Virus record (IMG/VR): IMGVR_UViG_3300026187_000019
Span: 1-55,224 of that record
Length of the DNA stretch: 55,224 nucleotides
Source: a virus
Lineage: Duplodnaviria; Caudoviricetes
Reading direction: 5' to 3' (one strand)
The position numbers were made by a program, and so were the translations under genes. The notes under the pieces are model-generated. The model was not told where the DNA came from, searched no databases, and worked only from the letters and a program-made list of their open reading frames with translations. This document shows, in pieces, positions 1 through 7,172 of this stretch; the first letter of the stretch is position 1, and every line of letters begins with the position of its first letter.

Positions 1-31
1 GATTGAGCAGAACAACGAAGTTGTCCATTTG

Positions 32-66
32 AGGCTGTAGGGTAATCCCCTACAGTCTACCTTTTC
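32..66 (+). terminator. Possible intrinsic terminator/hairpin after the 212-aa early gene
   Basis: AGGCTGTAGGG-TAATC-CCCTACAGTCT stem (one G-U pair) followed by ACCTTTTC; overlaps the stop of ORF 54481-55119 in the duplicated copy. Confidence 0.45.
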
Positions 67-69
67 ACT

Positions 70-85
70 AGTCCGATGTCGGACT
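70..85. promoter_or_regulatory. 16-bp palindrome AGTCCGA-TG-TCGGACT
   Basis: Perfect 7-bp inverted repeat; identical copies at 582, 2022, 2690 and 54204; lies just upstream of GGAG and ATG 107. Confidence 0.85.
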
Positions 86-106
86 TAACAATACGGAGTA
101 TTGAAT

Positions 107-274
107 ATGATTGATTTTATCATCGCCTTGTTTCTAATCGTCACCAGTGCAGTCATTGGACTGCTGTCTGTCATGTCACTAGCGGCTGGTGTGCCGGGTA
201 TGGGTTGGGTTGCACTTGGCTGTGTGGCTTGCTTTGTCGGTGGCTGGGTAATCATTGCAACGGAGTTGTCATAA
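107..274 (+). CDS. 55-aa two-TM membrane protein (not in ORF track)
   Basis: MIDFIIALFLIVTSAVIGLLSVMSLAAGVPGMGWVALGCVACFVGGWVIIATELS; GGAG RBS; TAATG coupling to the next gene. Confidence 0.75.
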   Translation: MIDFIIALFLIVTSAVIGLLSVMSLAAGVPGMGWVALGCVACFVGGWVIIATELS

Positions 275-516
275 TGGCTCGTAAATTCATCACCCCAATG
301 GGTCGCCACAAGCCTGTTCGTTCAAGCTGGGCGGCTATGGATACACAGGCTTTCAGCCGGTCATATGAGCCTGAGACACGGCCTGAGTTTCGGTGCTTTG
401 TGACTGGTCAAGCTGAAGCTATGCAAGCTGAGTATGAAGCGAAGCTGAAGCGTGAGGCACAAATGCAAGCCTTGCTTGACTTGAAGCAAAGGATGCTTGA
501 CAAAAATTTGCTTTAG
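274..516 (+). CDS. Hypothetical early protein (80 aa, MARKFITP...)
   Basis: Start reassigned to ATG 274 (TAATG overlap, GGAG upstream). Confidence 0.7.
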   Translation: MARKFITPMGRHKPVRSSWAAMDTQAFSRSYEPETRPEFRCFVTGQAEAMQAEYEAKLKREAQMQALLDLKQRMLDKNLL

Positions 517-526
517 TGTGAATAAC

Positions 527-562
527 GTAAATACACTTGAAACATAGTGAAAGTGTATTTAC
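527..562 (+). promoter_or_regulatory. Hairpin with GA..TAGTGA loop (copy A)
   Basis: Perfect 12-bp stem GTAAATACACTT/AAGTGTATTTAC, loop GAAACATAGTGA; TTGACA at 497-502 upstream. Confidence 0.75.
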
Positions 563-581
563 TTATATACACTACTAACTT

Positions 582-597
582 AGTCCGATGTCGGACT
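582..597. promoter_or_regulatory. 16-bp palindrome AGTCCGATGTCGGACT
   Basis: Exact copy; upstream of GGAG and ATG 617. Confidence 0.85.
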
Positions 598-616
598 TAA
601 CCAAACGGAGTTTGAT

Positions 617-889
617 ATGCAAAATCGTAAAGATGAATTGATACAAACATTGTGGGATTTGTTCAAGGATGTACACGGTGTACGTCCTCGTGGCATAGAC
701 TATGACCGTTGGTCAGTGACTGACCTTGAGTGGGAAGTAGCTATGCTACAGCGTCAGCTTGAGGATGACTTGCGCTGGGAACGTGAGCAGGAAGACCGTG
801 CAATCAATGCTTGCATGGACTGTGGTGCCAGTGACATAGCTACGGCTATGCGTTGGCTTGAGGATGCCTATGATATGGAGTGGGTGTAA
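617..889 (+). CDS. Hypothetical early protein (90 aa)
   Basis: GGAG RBS; DLFKDVHGVRPR motif seen in small phage proteins. Confidence 0.8.
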   Translation: MQNRKDELIQTLWDLFKDVHGVRPRGIDYDRWSVTDLEWEVAMLQRQLEDDLRWEREQEDRAINACMDCGASDIATAMRWLEDAYDMEWV

Positions 890-1053
890 TGTCAAAATTG
901 GATAAATTTTGTGATAAATACTATGCCATCACTGGTCTACCTTTCAGGTTTGACGGTGGCTTGTATCTTATGGACACGGATGATGATGGCAATGCTGTTA
1001 TTACAGACATTAGCCAAGCGGAGAATGATGATGCAAACCGGAAAGATTGTTAA
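889..1053 (+). CDS. Hypothetical protein (54 aa, MSKLDKFCDKYY...)
   Basis: TAATG coupling, GGAG RBS; translated by hand. Confidence 0.6.
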   Translation: MSKLDKFCDKYYAITGLPFRFDGGLYLMDTDDDGNAVITDISQAENDDANRKDC

Positions 1054-1237
1054 ACTACAAGGCAAGACCCGTCATGGCAAAAACCGTGTGAATGAACACG
1101 GCGAGTTTTGGCAGGTGCTTGACCTACCCAAGCGTATACCCGAATGGCCTACTGGTACATTCCGCTTGCAGTCTCTTGAGACTGGTGATATACGTTGGCT
1201 ATCGAATGACTTTACTGCAACCATTGTTACGGAGTAA
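1028..1237 (+). CDS. Hypothetical protein (MMQTGKIVKLQGKTRHGKNRV...)
   Basis: GGAG RBS before tandem ATGs at 1025/1028/1031; exact start uncertain. Confidence 0.7.
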   Translation: MMQTGKIVKLQGKTRHGKNRVNEHGEFWQVLDLPKRIPEWPTGTFRLQSLETGDIRWLSNDFTATIVTE

Positions 1238-1241
1238 CACT

Positions 1242-1943
1242 ATGACTTACCAAATCTTAGGCGTTGGCAATAATGCCAAGACAATCAAGGGTGATGGCTC
1301 AGAATATGTGACAGCTATCCGCTATCTCAAGCCGTTCAAGACCATGTTCAAGGGCAAGGTGCATAACCTATGCGCTATGGCTGAGACAGCCAAGTGCCAT
1401 GTCGGTTGCCTCAATACGGCAGGGCGTGGTGCTATGAACGCTGTGCAACGTGGTCGTGAACGCAAGACTATGTGGATGCTGTCTGACCCTATCGGGTTCT
1501 ATGATGCCTTGAACAAAGACATTGAGACATTCATTCGCCGCCAACTCAAGAACGGCATCACGCCGTGTATCCGTCTGGGTGGCACAGATGACAAGGGTGA
1601 CGCTATCAAGCTGGCACCAAATTATCCTGATGCACAGTTTTATGATTACACTAAAGTAATCAAACGTGCCTATCAAAAGTTGCCTGACAACTACCATATC
1701 ACCTTGTCATACAGCGAAGCCGATATGAAGTATGCTGATGCTGTGGTCATGGCTGTGGTCAAGACAGGTGTCAACATGGCTGTGGTATTCCGTGACAAGC
1801 TGCCCGATACATTCCGTGGCTTGCGTGTCATTGATGGCGACAAGGATGACTTGCGCTTTCTTGACCCGAAGGGTGTAGTCGTTGGCTTGATTGCCAAGGG
1901 CAAAGCTAAAAAAGATACGTCAGGCTTTGTGATTGACTGCTAA
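1242..1943 (+). CDS. Gene product 88-like, radical-SAM-related phage protein
   Basis: Cys cluster CAMAETAKCHVGCLNTAGRG plus IRLGGTDD, FYDYTK and DGDKDDLRFLD motifs; GGAG RBS before ATG 1242. Confidence 0.65.
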   Translation: MTYQILGVGNNAKTIKGDGSEYVTAIRYLKPFKTMFKGKVHNLCAMAETAKCHVGCLNTAGRGAMNAVQRGRERKTMWMLSDPIGFYDALNKDIETFIRRQLKNGITPCIRLGGTDDKGDAIKLAPNYPDAQFYDYTKVIKRAYQKLPDNYHITLSYSEADMKYADAVVMAVVKTGVNMAVVFRDKLPDTFRGLRVIDGDKDDLRFLDPKGVVVGLIAKGKAKKDTSGFVIDC

Positions 1944-1961
1944 ACCTCTTATGTATATCTT
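1933..1961 (+). promoter_or_regulatory. sigma70-like promoter
   Basis: TTGACT-N17-TATCTT. Confidence 0.6.
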
Positions 1962-1963
1962 AT

Positions 1964-2005
1964 GTAACATATATACTGATACTTTAGTGAAGTATATATT
2001 GTTAC
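1964..2005 (+). promoter_or_regulatory. Hairpin with GA..TAGTGA loop (copy B)
   Basis: Stem GTAACATATATACT/AGTATATATTGTTAC (one bulge), loop GATACTTTAGTGA. Confidence 0.75.
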
Positions 2006-2021
2006 TTAGATATACTAGACA

Positions 2022-2037
2022 AGTCCGATGTCGGACT
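2022..2037. promoter_or_regulatory. 16-bp palindrome AGTCCGATGTCGGACT
   Basis: Exact copy; GGAG 3 nt downstream, ATG 2051. Confidence 0.85.
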
Positions 2038-2050
2038 AACGGAGATTACA

Positions 2051-2191
2051 ATGCGTATCAGACCTATCAATCCTGTGGCGAAGGCAGTGGCACAGTCACG
2101 CCGCAGGACAGCCGTTGTGCCAGACAAAAAGAAATACAATCGCAAAAAGGAACAAGACCGTGAAAACAAAACACGAAAAGATAATGACTGA
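2051..2191 (+). CDS. 46-aa basic protein, weakly ArfA-like (not in ORF track)
   Basis: MRIRPINPVAKAVAQSRRRTAVVPDKKKYNRKKEQDRENKTRKDND; GGAG RBS. Confidence 0.7.
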   Translation: MRIRPINPVAKAVAQSRRRTAVVPDKKKYNRKKEQDRENKTRKDND

Positions 2192-2336
2192 GTTTGACCA
2201 CGATTGGAATGACTTGTCACTCTTTGAGAAATTGCCAGTGCGTAAGACTGCTAATCCAAAGCGTGACAACTGGAAGCGTGACCGCAAGGCGGCTCGTAAT
2301 GCAAAGCGTACAATGCAGGAGAAAAACTATGGGTAA
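2184..2336 (+). CDS. Hypothetical basic protein (50 aa)
   Basis: MTEFDHDWNDLSLFEKLPVRK...; overlaps both neighbours in operon style. Confidence 0.65.
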   Translation: MTEFDHDWNDLSLFEKLPVRKTANPKRDNWKRDRKAARNAKRTMQEKNYG

Positions 2337-2715
2337 GTATAGACTTTACTGGAACCTACACAAAAAGAAATGGTCACTACAAGACCGCAAGACTGGACGT
2401 GTTCAACAGCACGTTACTGCGTTCACAATGTATGACGCAAAGTTTGTTGTGCGTCCTGCCGGGCAAGCCAAGGTGCGGCGTGAGGGCAAGAAGAATGTTC
2501 ATGCCTTTGCCGTTGGCACTGCTGGCTTCCGTGATGGCATTGCTATTCGTGGTCATGGCAGACCAGTCACATACAACCCATACGAGAATGATACGTTTGT
2601 ATTCGCTGACACTGGTGAGTCAGTGACTGAGGTGCAAGCTATCTCTGTATACACTGAGAATGGTAAACCCAAAGTGTATGCAATCCCTAAGTCCGATGTC
2701 GGACTAACAAACTAA
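2329..2715 (+). CDS. Conserved phage hypothetical protein (YWNLHKKKWS...KNVHAF...YNPY)
   Basis: AGGAG RBS before ATG 2329; motif pattern common in phage proteins; function unknown. Confidence 0.75.
   Translation: MGKYRLYWNLHKKKWSLQDRKTGRVQQHVTAFTMYDAKFVVRPAGQAKVRREGKKNVHAFAVGTAGFRDGIAIRGHGRPVTYNPYENDTFVFADTGESVTEVQAISVYTENGKPKVYAIPKSDVGLTN
2690..2705. promoter_or_regulatory. 16-bp palindrome AGTCCGATGTCGGACT
   Basis: Exact copy inside the last codons of the upstream CDS, 33 nt before ATG 2739. Confidence 0.85.
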
Positions 2716-2738
2716 CCAACCATAAAGGAGATATTACT

Positions 2739-3152
2739 ATGACAACATTCAACATCGAGAACACAATCAAAGCTGGCACATACTTCAAGCGCACTACAGG
2801 TAAGAAGGGGCAAGTGCAGGGCAGTGCTGAACTGTCTGCCAAGTTCCGCAAGGTAGAAGCCTTGTATCTGGAGTTGCATGGCAAGCGTATGGGGCGTGAA
2901 GCCTTCTATGACATGTGCCTCAAGTATGCCCGTGCTACCAAGGCAGATGTTGGTGGGTACATACAGTACATGGCGCAAGACATTGCTGGCATCTTCCTCG
3001 ACAAGATGCACAAAGAGATTGGCAAAGAGGTGCGCCTAAACCGCCAACGCAAAGAGCAACGCAAGAATGGTATCACAATTCACTTGGGGACACATGACTT
3101 GAATACCATTGACTTAGCCAGAGCCAAGACTGGCAGAAAGGTAGCGGCATAA
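2739..3152 (+). CDS. Hypothetical basic protein (137 aa)
   Basis: AAGGAG RBS. Confidence 0.8.
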   Translation: MTTFNIENTIKAGTYFKRTTGKKGQVQGSAELSAKFRKVEALYLELHGKRMGREAFYDMCLKYARATKADVGGYIQYMAQDIAGIFLDKMHKEIGKEVRLNRQRKEQRKNGITIHLGTHDLNTIDLARAKTGRKVAA

Positions 3153-3325
3153 TGTATTGGGAAGTCGGTATGACAGTGGGTGTACAGGACACGGCAGTGA
3201 ATGTACACCCTGCCTCACTCACTCAGCATGGCTGGGAAAGTGCGGTTGAGTTCGCTATTGAGATGACACAAAGCCAATACCCTGACCATAGAGTAGAACT
3301 GGACTATGTTAAAGAGTATGACTGA
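3152..3325 (+). CDS. Hypothetical protein (57 aa, MYWEVGMTVG...)
   Basis: TAATG coupling; translated by hand. Confidence 0.65.
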   Translation: MYWEVGMTVGVQDTAVNVHPASLTQHGWESAVEFAIEMTQSQYPDHRVELDYVKEYD

Positions 3326-3449
3326 GTGTGTGACACCACTATGCGTATACAACCAGATGCCGTGGGACAGTGTGTTCATTGGCGGTTATCTGGTTGTATC
3401 TGTAGTCGGAATATGTTATATAATGTATAAACTGTTTAAGGATGAGTGA
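3318..3449 (+). CDS. 43-aa single-TM protein
   Basis: MTECVTPLCVYNQMPWDSVFIGGYLVVSVVGICYIMYKLFKDE; fills the operon gap. Confidence 0.5.
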   Translation: MTECVTPLCVYNQMPWDSVFIGGYLVVSVVGICYIMYKLFKDE

Positions 3450-3450
3450 C

Positions 3451-3618
3451 ATGAGCAAGACATGGGTAGTGTGGGTAGACTTGACCCACCGTATTGAAGT
3501 AGAAGCAGACAACATGGATGATGCTAGTGATATTGCTATTGAAACCATATGGGATGAAACCAACATGGTGAATTGCATTGTCACACCAGAACTGTTAGAG
3601 GAGAATGGGTATGCCTAA
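3451..3618 (+). CDS. 55-aa acidic protein with IEVEAD motif
   Basis: MSKTWVVWVDLTHRIEVEADNMDDASDIAIE...; AAGGA RBS. Confidence 0.65.
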   Translation: MSKTWVVWVDLTHRIEVEADNMDDASDIAIETIWDETNMVNCIVTPELLEENGYA

Positions 3619-3748
3619 ATATTTAGTGCGAATAGAAGCAGAGATTGAGGTAGAAGCAGACTGTGAAACAGAGGCAGAGATTACTGCCGCACAGTGCTTT
3701 GACTTTGGTAGTGCAGAGTTTGAAGTAGAGGAGATTGATGATGTTTGA
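3611..3748 (+). CDS. 45-aa acidic protein with IEVEAD motif
   Basis: MPKYLVRIEAEIEVEADCETEAEITAAQ...; GAGGAG RBS. Confidence 0.65.
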   Translation: MPKYLVRIEAEIEVEADCETEAEITAAQCFDFGSAEFEVEEIDDV

Positions 3749-3947
3749 TATAGGTAAATCATACAGCGTACTCGTATGGGATATGCCTGTCGCTGTATTT
3801 GACAACGAACTGGATGACTACATTCGCAATGAGGATGGCACAGTCAAGCTGTTCAACATACCTAACTATGACTACTCATACGTCTGTGATGGTGTAGATG
3901 TGGATGAACTACAGGAACGTGACAAGGGAGATGACTACGATGACTGA
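3741..3947 (+). CDS. Hypothetical acidic protein
   Basis: GAGGAG RBS; ORF track. Confidence 0.7.
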   Translation: MFDIGKSYSVLVWDMPVAVFDNELDDYIRNEDGTVKLFNIPNYDYSYVCDGVDVDELQERDKGDDYDD

Positions 3948-4254
3948 CAATTATGACAGCGGCTTTGACCTTGTGTTATCTAATGATGAACTAAATACGC
4001 TGATGGCCTACTACTACGACAATTGTTTGCCAGAATACCGTGTCGATAAAGAAGATGACTTGTGGTATGGCGTACAAATAGGTGACAGGATGTTTGACCT
4101 AAACGTATGGACTGACTATGGTGGCATCCCTGACAAAGAAAAGATTGTCTGCACAGTCTACGAGTGCGATTGGGATGGCACACAGAACAACTGGAAAACT
4201 AACTGCCGCCATAGCTGGACACTAACAGAGGAGAATGAAGATGCTATTGCATGA
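3940..4254 (+). CDS. Hypothetical acidic protein
   Basis: GGGAG RBS; ORF track; start at 3931 or 3940. Confidence 0.7.
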   Translation: MTDNYDSGFDLVLSNDELNTLMAYYYDNCLPEYRVDKEDDLWYGVQIGDRMFDLNVWTDYGGIPDKEKIVCTVYECDWDGTQNNWKTNCRHSWTLTEENEDAIA

Positions 4255-4450
4255 GTTTTATAGTGACGAAGATTGTAGCCGTGGTGATGGCAGTTACCGC
4301 AAGGCTACTGTCTTTCTTGAGCCTGACGGTAGCTACACTGTATACATGATGCAGGATGGTGCTATCATTGAGGAACGTAACATACAAGGACACAGTGAGG
4401 TGTATGCCGAAAACTGTGCAGAGAACTGGGTATTGGGAGTTATACGATGA
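4241..4450 (+). CDS. Hypothetical protein (HSEVYAENCAENWVLG)
   Basis: GAGGAG RBS. Confidence 0.7.
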   Translation: MLLHEFYSDEDCSRGDGSYRKATVFLEPDGSYTVYMMQDGAIIEERNIQGHSEVYAENCAENWVLGVIR

Positions 4451-4614
4451 ACTGCTGGCACTGTAAGCACGAAGTTATATGGGAAAGCGACTATGACATT
4501 GATAATGACATGCATAGTATGATTACAATACTTGGGTGTCCTAGTTGTGGTAGCACATATGAAGTATACTACCCAAGAGAAGGACATGAGTGGAAGGAGA
4601 TTGACGATGAATAG
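4447..4614 (+). CDS. 55-aa zinc-ribbon protein (not in ORF track)
   Basis: MNCWHC...LGCPSCGS, two CxxC pairs; ATGA coupling, GGGAG RBS. Confidence 0.7.
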   Translation: MNCWHCKHEVIWESDYDIDNDMHSMITILGCPSCGSTYEVYYPREGHEWKEIDDE

Positions 4615-5098
4615 ATTTCTAATTGAGCAGGAGCCTAGTGATATAGCCAAGTCACTGTGTGACCAACACATTGTCAAGATGCCATTGGAAGAAGCGCAGA
4701 TGCTATGCACTAGCGTATGGCATCATGCACCTGAGTATGCAGAGGAGCATGGGTTATATAAACCTGTGCATCAGAAGCATCCTTGCACACTGTGGGCAAT
4801 GGAGAACCGTGCTAATTACCGCTGGGCATACAGCCTATACACAGCCATGCTGTGCGAGTATCACCACAGATATGGCAAGTGGCATGGTGCAGGTAAGCAT
4901 AGCCTCGCTTTATACAAGGCAAGGGATTTGTTGCCAGACGGTGATGTGACTGCACACCCACAGTGTTTCAGTGGACACGATGACTGTAAGACAGATGAGG
5001 AGTGGCCTATCATGGCGTACCGTGCGTTCTACAAGGTTGACAAGACTGCCTTTGCACGGTATAACAAGGGAAGGAGTAAGCCACAATGGATGTTATAA
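4607..5098 (+). CDS. Pyrimidine-dimer DNA glycosylase / endonuclease V-like family protein
   Basis: CDQHIVKMPLEEAQML, YKPVHQKHPCTLW and EYHHRYGKWH motifs; AAGGAG RBS before ATG 4607. Confidence 0.7.
   Translation: MNRFLIEQEPSDIAKSLCDQHIVKMPLEEAQMLCTSVWHHAPEYAEEHGLYKPVHQKHPCTLWAMENRANYRWAYSLYTAMLCEYHHRYGKWHGAGKHSLALYKARDLLPDGDVTAHPQCFSGHDDCKTDEEWPIMAYRAFYKVDKTAFARYNKGRSKPQWML
5037..5065 (+). promoter_or_regulatory. sigma70-like promoter within upstream CDS
   Basis: TTGACA-N17-TATAAC. Confidence 0.7.
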
Positions 5099-5154
5099 TT
5101 TTTGTGACTGTAATATTACCACTAATTATATTAGCTATATAAAGGAGATATGAT

Positions 5155-5436
5155 ATGTCGAAGAAAGAATATCACAACATGACACCCAAGCAACGCATGG
5201 CGTATTGGGAGAAGCTGCGTGAGAAAGACAAAGCTGAACGTGCAGTCAAGATAAACAAGTTATCTCTTGAACAACGCAAGGCAGTTGTTGAAGTGAATAG
5301 ACTGCTTGATAGCATACTTGATACCGCACTATACCCAGACATGGGTGGCATAAAGATGGTGTCTGCGTATGACCTGCAAGAACTGTCCGATGCAAAGGAC
5401 ACACTTGAATTTCAATTCAATCTGAAAGGAGAATAG
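5155..5436 (+). CDS. Hypothetical protein (93 aa)
   Basis: AAGGAG RBS. Confidence 0.75.
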   Translation: MSKKEYHNMTPKQRMAYWEKLREKDKAERAVKINKLSLEQRKAVVEVNRLLDSILDTALYPDMGGIKMVSAYDLQELSDAKDTLEFQFNLKGE

Positions 5437-5438
5437 AT

Positions 5439-6272
5439 ATGCCATTAGAATACATCCCTGAGAACCTCGACTTTGATGTAACCTTTGAGCCTACTCGTGT
5501 AGCTGACAAGAAGTATGTCATTGATGGCAACACTGGCGAACCTATCGCTATCGTGGGCAAGGACTTCACCTGTGCATCACATGGTGATTTCTTCCGTGAC
5601 GTTATGTCAACTGTGACAGACAACCTGACTGATGAGCAGACAGATGGTGCGTCTATTGTGTGGCGTGATGCTCACCGCAATGGCTGGGCTATGATGGACA
5701 TGACCTTGCCTAACATGAAGCATACCATCGTTACACCAAAGCATGAGACAGAGATAGCACAGCGTATCATTGCACTGCATGGTGTGGACGGTACATGTTC
5801 AAACACTGTGTTGTTTGGTGCTATCGACTTCTTTTGCACCAACGGTATGATTCGTGGTGAGCATGACAAGGTGCGCCGTAAGAACACTAGCGGCTTTAGC
5901 CTTGACAGATTCATTACACAGTTGGGCAAGTCAAATGATGACTTCACTAACTACCATCAGCAGATGCAACGCTGGGCTAACACCCCTGTGCATGTGAGCA
6001 ATGTCAAAGCTATGCTTGAATCGCTGCTCAAGTCTGACCGCACCGCCGACAAGATGCTTACCTTATACAATCAGGAAGCGGGTGTGCGTGGACAGAATGT
6101 GTGGGCATTGTATTCTGCATTCACCAACTACGCATCGTATGCTGATGAGCGTAATGGCTTCAAGCTGCGTAACACTGGTGGCGATACCAACGCTGTTAAC
6201 ATGTTCAAGCGTGAGCATGAAGTGTCACAGTGGATTGAAAGCAAGCAGTTCAAGGAGTTGATTGCAGCATGA
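5439..6272 (+). CDS. DUF932-family protein
   Basis: HGVDGTCS and FFCTNGM motifs and ~280-aa size typical of DUF932. Confidence 0.7.
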   Translation: MPLEYIPENLDFDVTFEPTRVADKKYVIDGNTGEPIAIVGKDFTCASHGDFFRDVMSTVTDNLTDEQTDGASIVWRDAHRNGWAMMDMTLPNMKHTIVTPKHETEIAQRIIALHGVDGTCSNTVLFGAIDFFCTNGMIRGEHDKVRRKNTSGFSLDRFITQLGKSNDDFTNYHQQMQRWANTPVHVSNVKAMLESLLKSDRTADKMLTLYNQEAGVRGQNVWALYSAFTNYASYADERNGFKLRNTGGDTNAVNMFKREHEVSQWIESKQFKELIAA

Positions 6273-7147
6273 AGACAGTAAAACATCTTGTGGATAAGTA
6301 TTACAATTCCAATGATTTCAAGATGTTACGAAGCAGAACTAAGAAAGACTATAAATACTTTCTTGGCATCATGCTAGATGATTTTGGCTCTGTGAAATTT
6401 TGTGAACTCACAAGTAAGCAAGCCAAACATGCATACGAAGGCTGGGTTGAGCGAGGCATTAGCCTTGCCAACCACGTCTGTACTGTGTCATCTATTCTGT
6501 TTCGTTACGCCATTGACATGGAGTATGCAACGGTCAATCCCTTTGCCAATGTCAGGCGCAAGACACCACCACAACGCAAAGTTGTGTGGACAGAGGATGA
6601 TGTGCGTCAATTCCTTGACACTGCCTATGGTGAGTTTCAGTGGCGCAGCATTGGCCTGATTGTACACATGGCATACGAGTGGTGCCAGCGTCTAGGTGAT
6701 ATGCGTCTGTTGACGTGGGACAACATTGACTTGGAAGAACACAAGCTATATCTTGAGCAGTCTAAGCGCAGGGCAGAGGTGACTTTGCCTATCGAAGATG
6801 ACTTGCTTGAGATGCTGACACAACAAGAGCAGGACTTTGGCTTTCAACAGTACGTTGTTCCCCGCACAACGCCCGTACAGGGCGAGTATCACCCGTACAG
6901 CATGGAACGTCTATCCAAAGCTGGAAGGGCTGTCATGCGTGAAGCTGGGCTGTCTGAGGAACTACGCCTGATGGACTTGCGGCGTACTGGCACAACACAA
7001 ATGGTAGAGGCAGGTGTACCTATGGGACAAATCATGTCGGTTACAGGACATAGTAATCCACAGTCAGTAAAACCGTACATGAAAAATACATACGCCAGTG
7101 CAAATAGTGCCTTGACAGCACGTAAGTCACATGGTAAAAGCACTTAA
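6269..7147 (+). CDS. Tyrosine integrase/recombinase
   Basis: Catalytic pattern QRLGD (R), QSKR (K), MDLRRT, TGHS (H), VKPY (Y). Confidence 0.9.
   Translation: MKTVKHLVDKYYNSNDFKMLRSRTKKDYKYFLGIMLDDFGSVKFCELTSKQAKHAYEGWVERGISLANHVCTVSSILFRYAIDMEYATVNPFANVRRKTPPQRKVVWTEDDVRQFLDTAYGEFQWRSIGLIVHMAYEWCQRLGDMRLLTWDNIDLEEHKLYLEQSKRRAEVTLPIEDDLLEMLTQQEQDFGFQQYVVPRTTPVQGEYHPYSMERLSKAGRAVMREAGLSEELRLMDLRRTGTTQMVEAGVPMGQIMSVTGHSNPQSVKPYMKNTYASANSALTARKSHGKST
7112..7140 (+). promoter_or_regulatory. Possible sigma70 promoter for replication genes
   Basis: TTGACA-N17-TAAAAG with TG extension, inside the integrase 3' end. Confidence 0.5.
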
Positions 7148-7172
7148 CTGCCGCAACGAAAGTGAGTATATA

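Larger units (their letters stand above)
1..150. repeat. Terminal overlap of circular assembly (copy 1)
   Basis: 1-150 matches 55074-55224 except one extra C in the end copy (gttgtccattt vs gttgtcccattt). Confidence 0.95.

Noticed and set aside
70-2705. Palindromic repeats as a CRISPR array
   Set aside because: Only 16 bp long, spaced irregularly by 0.5-1.4 kb with whole genes in between; no cas operon.
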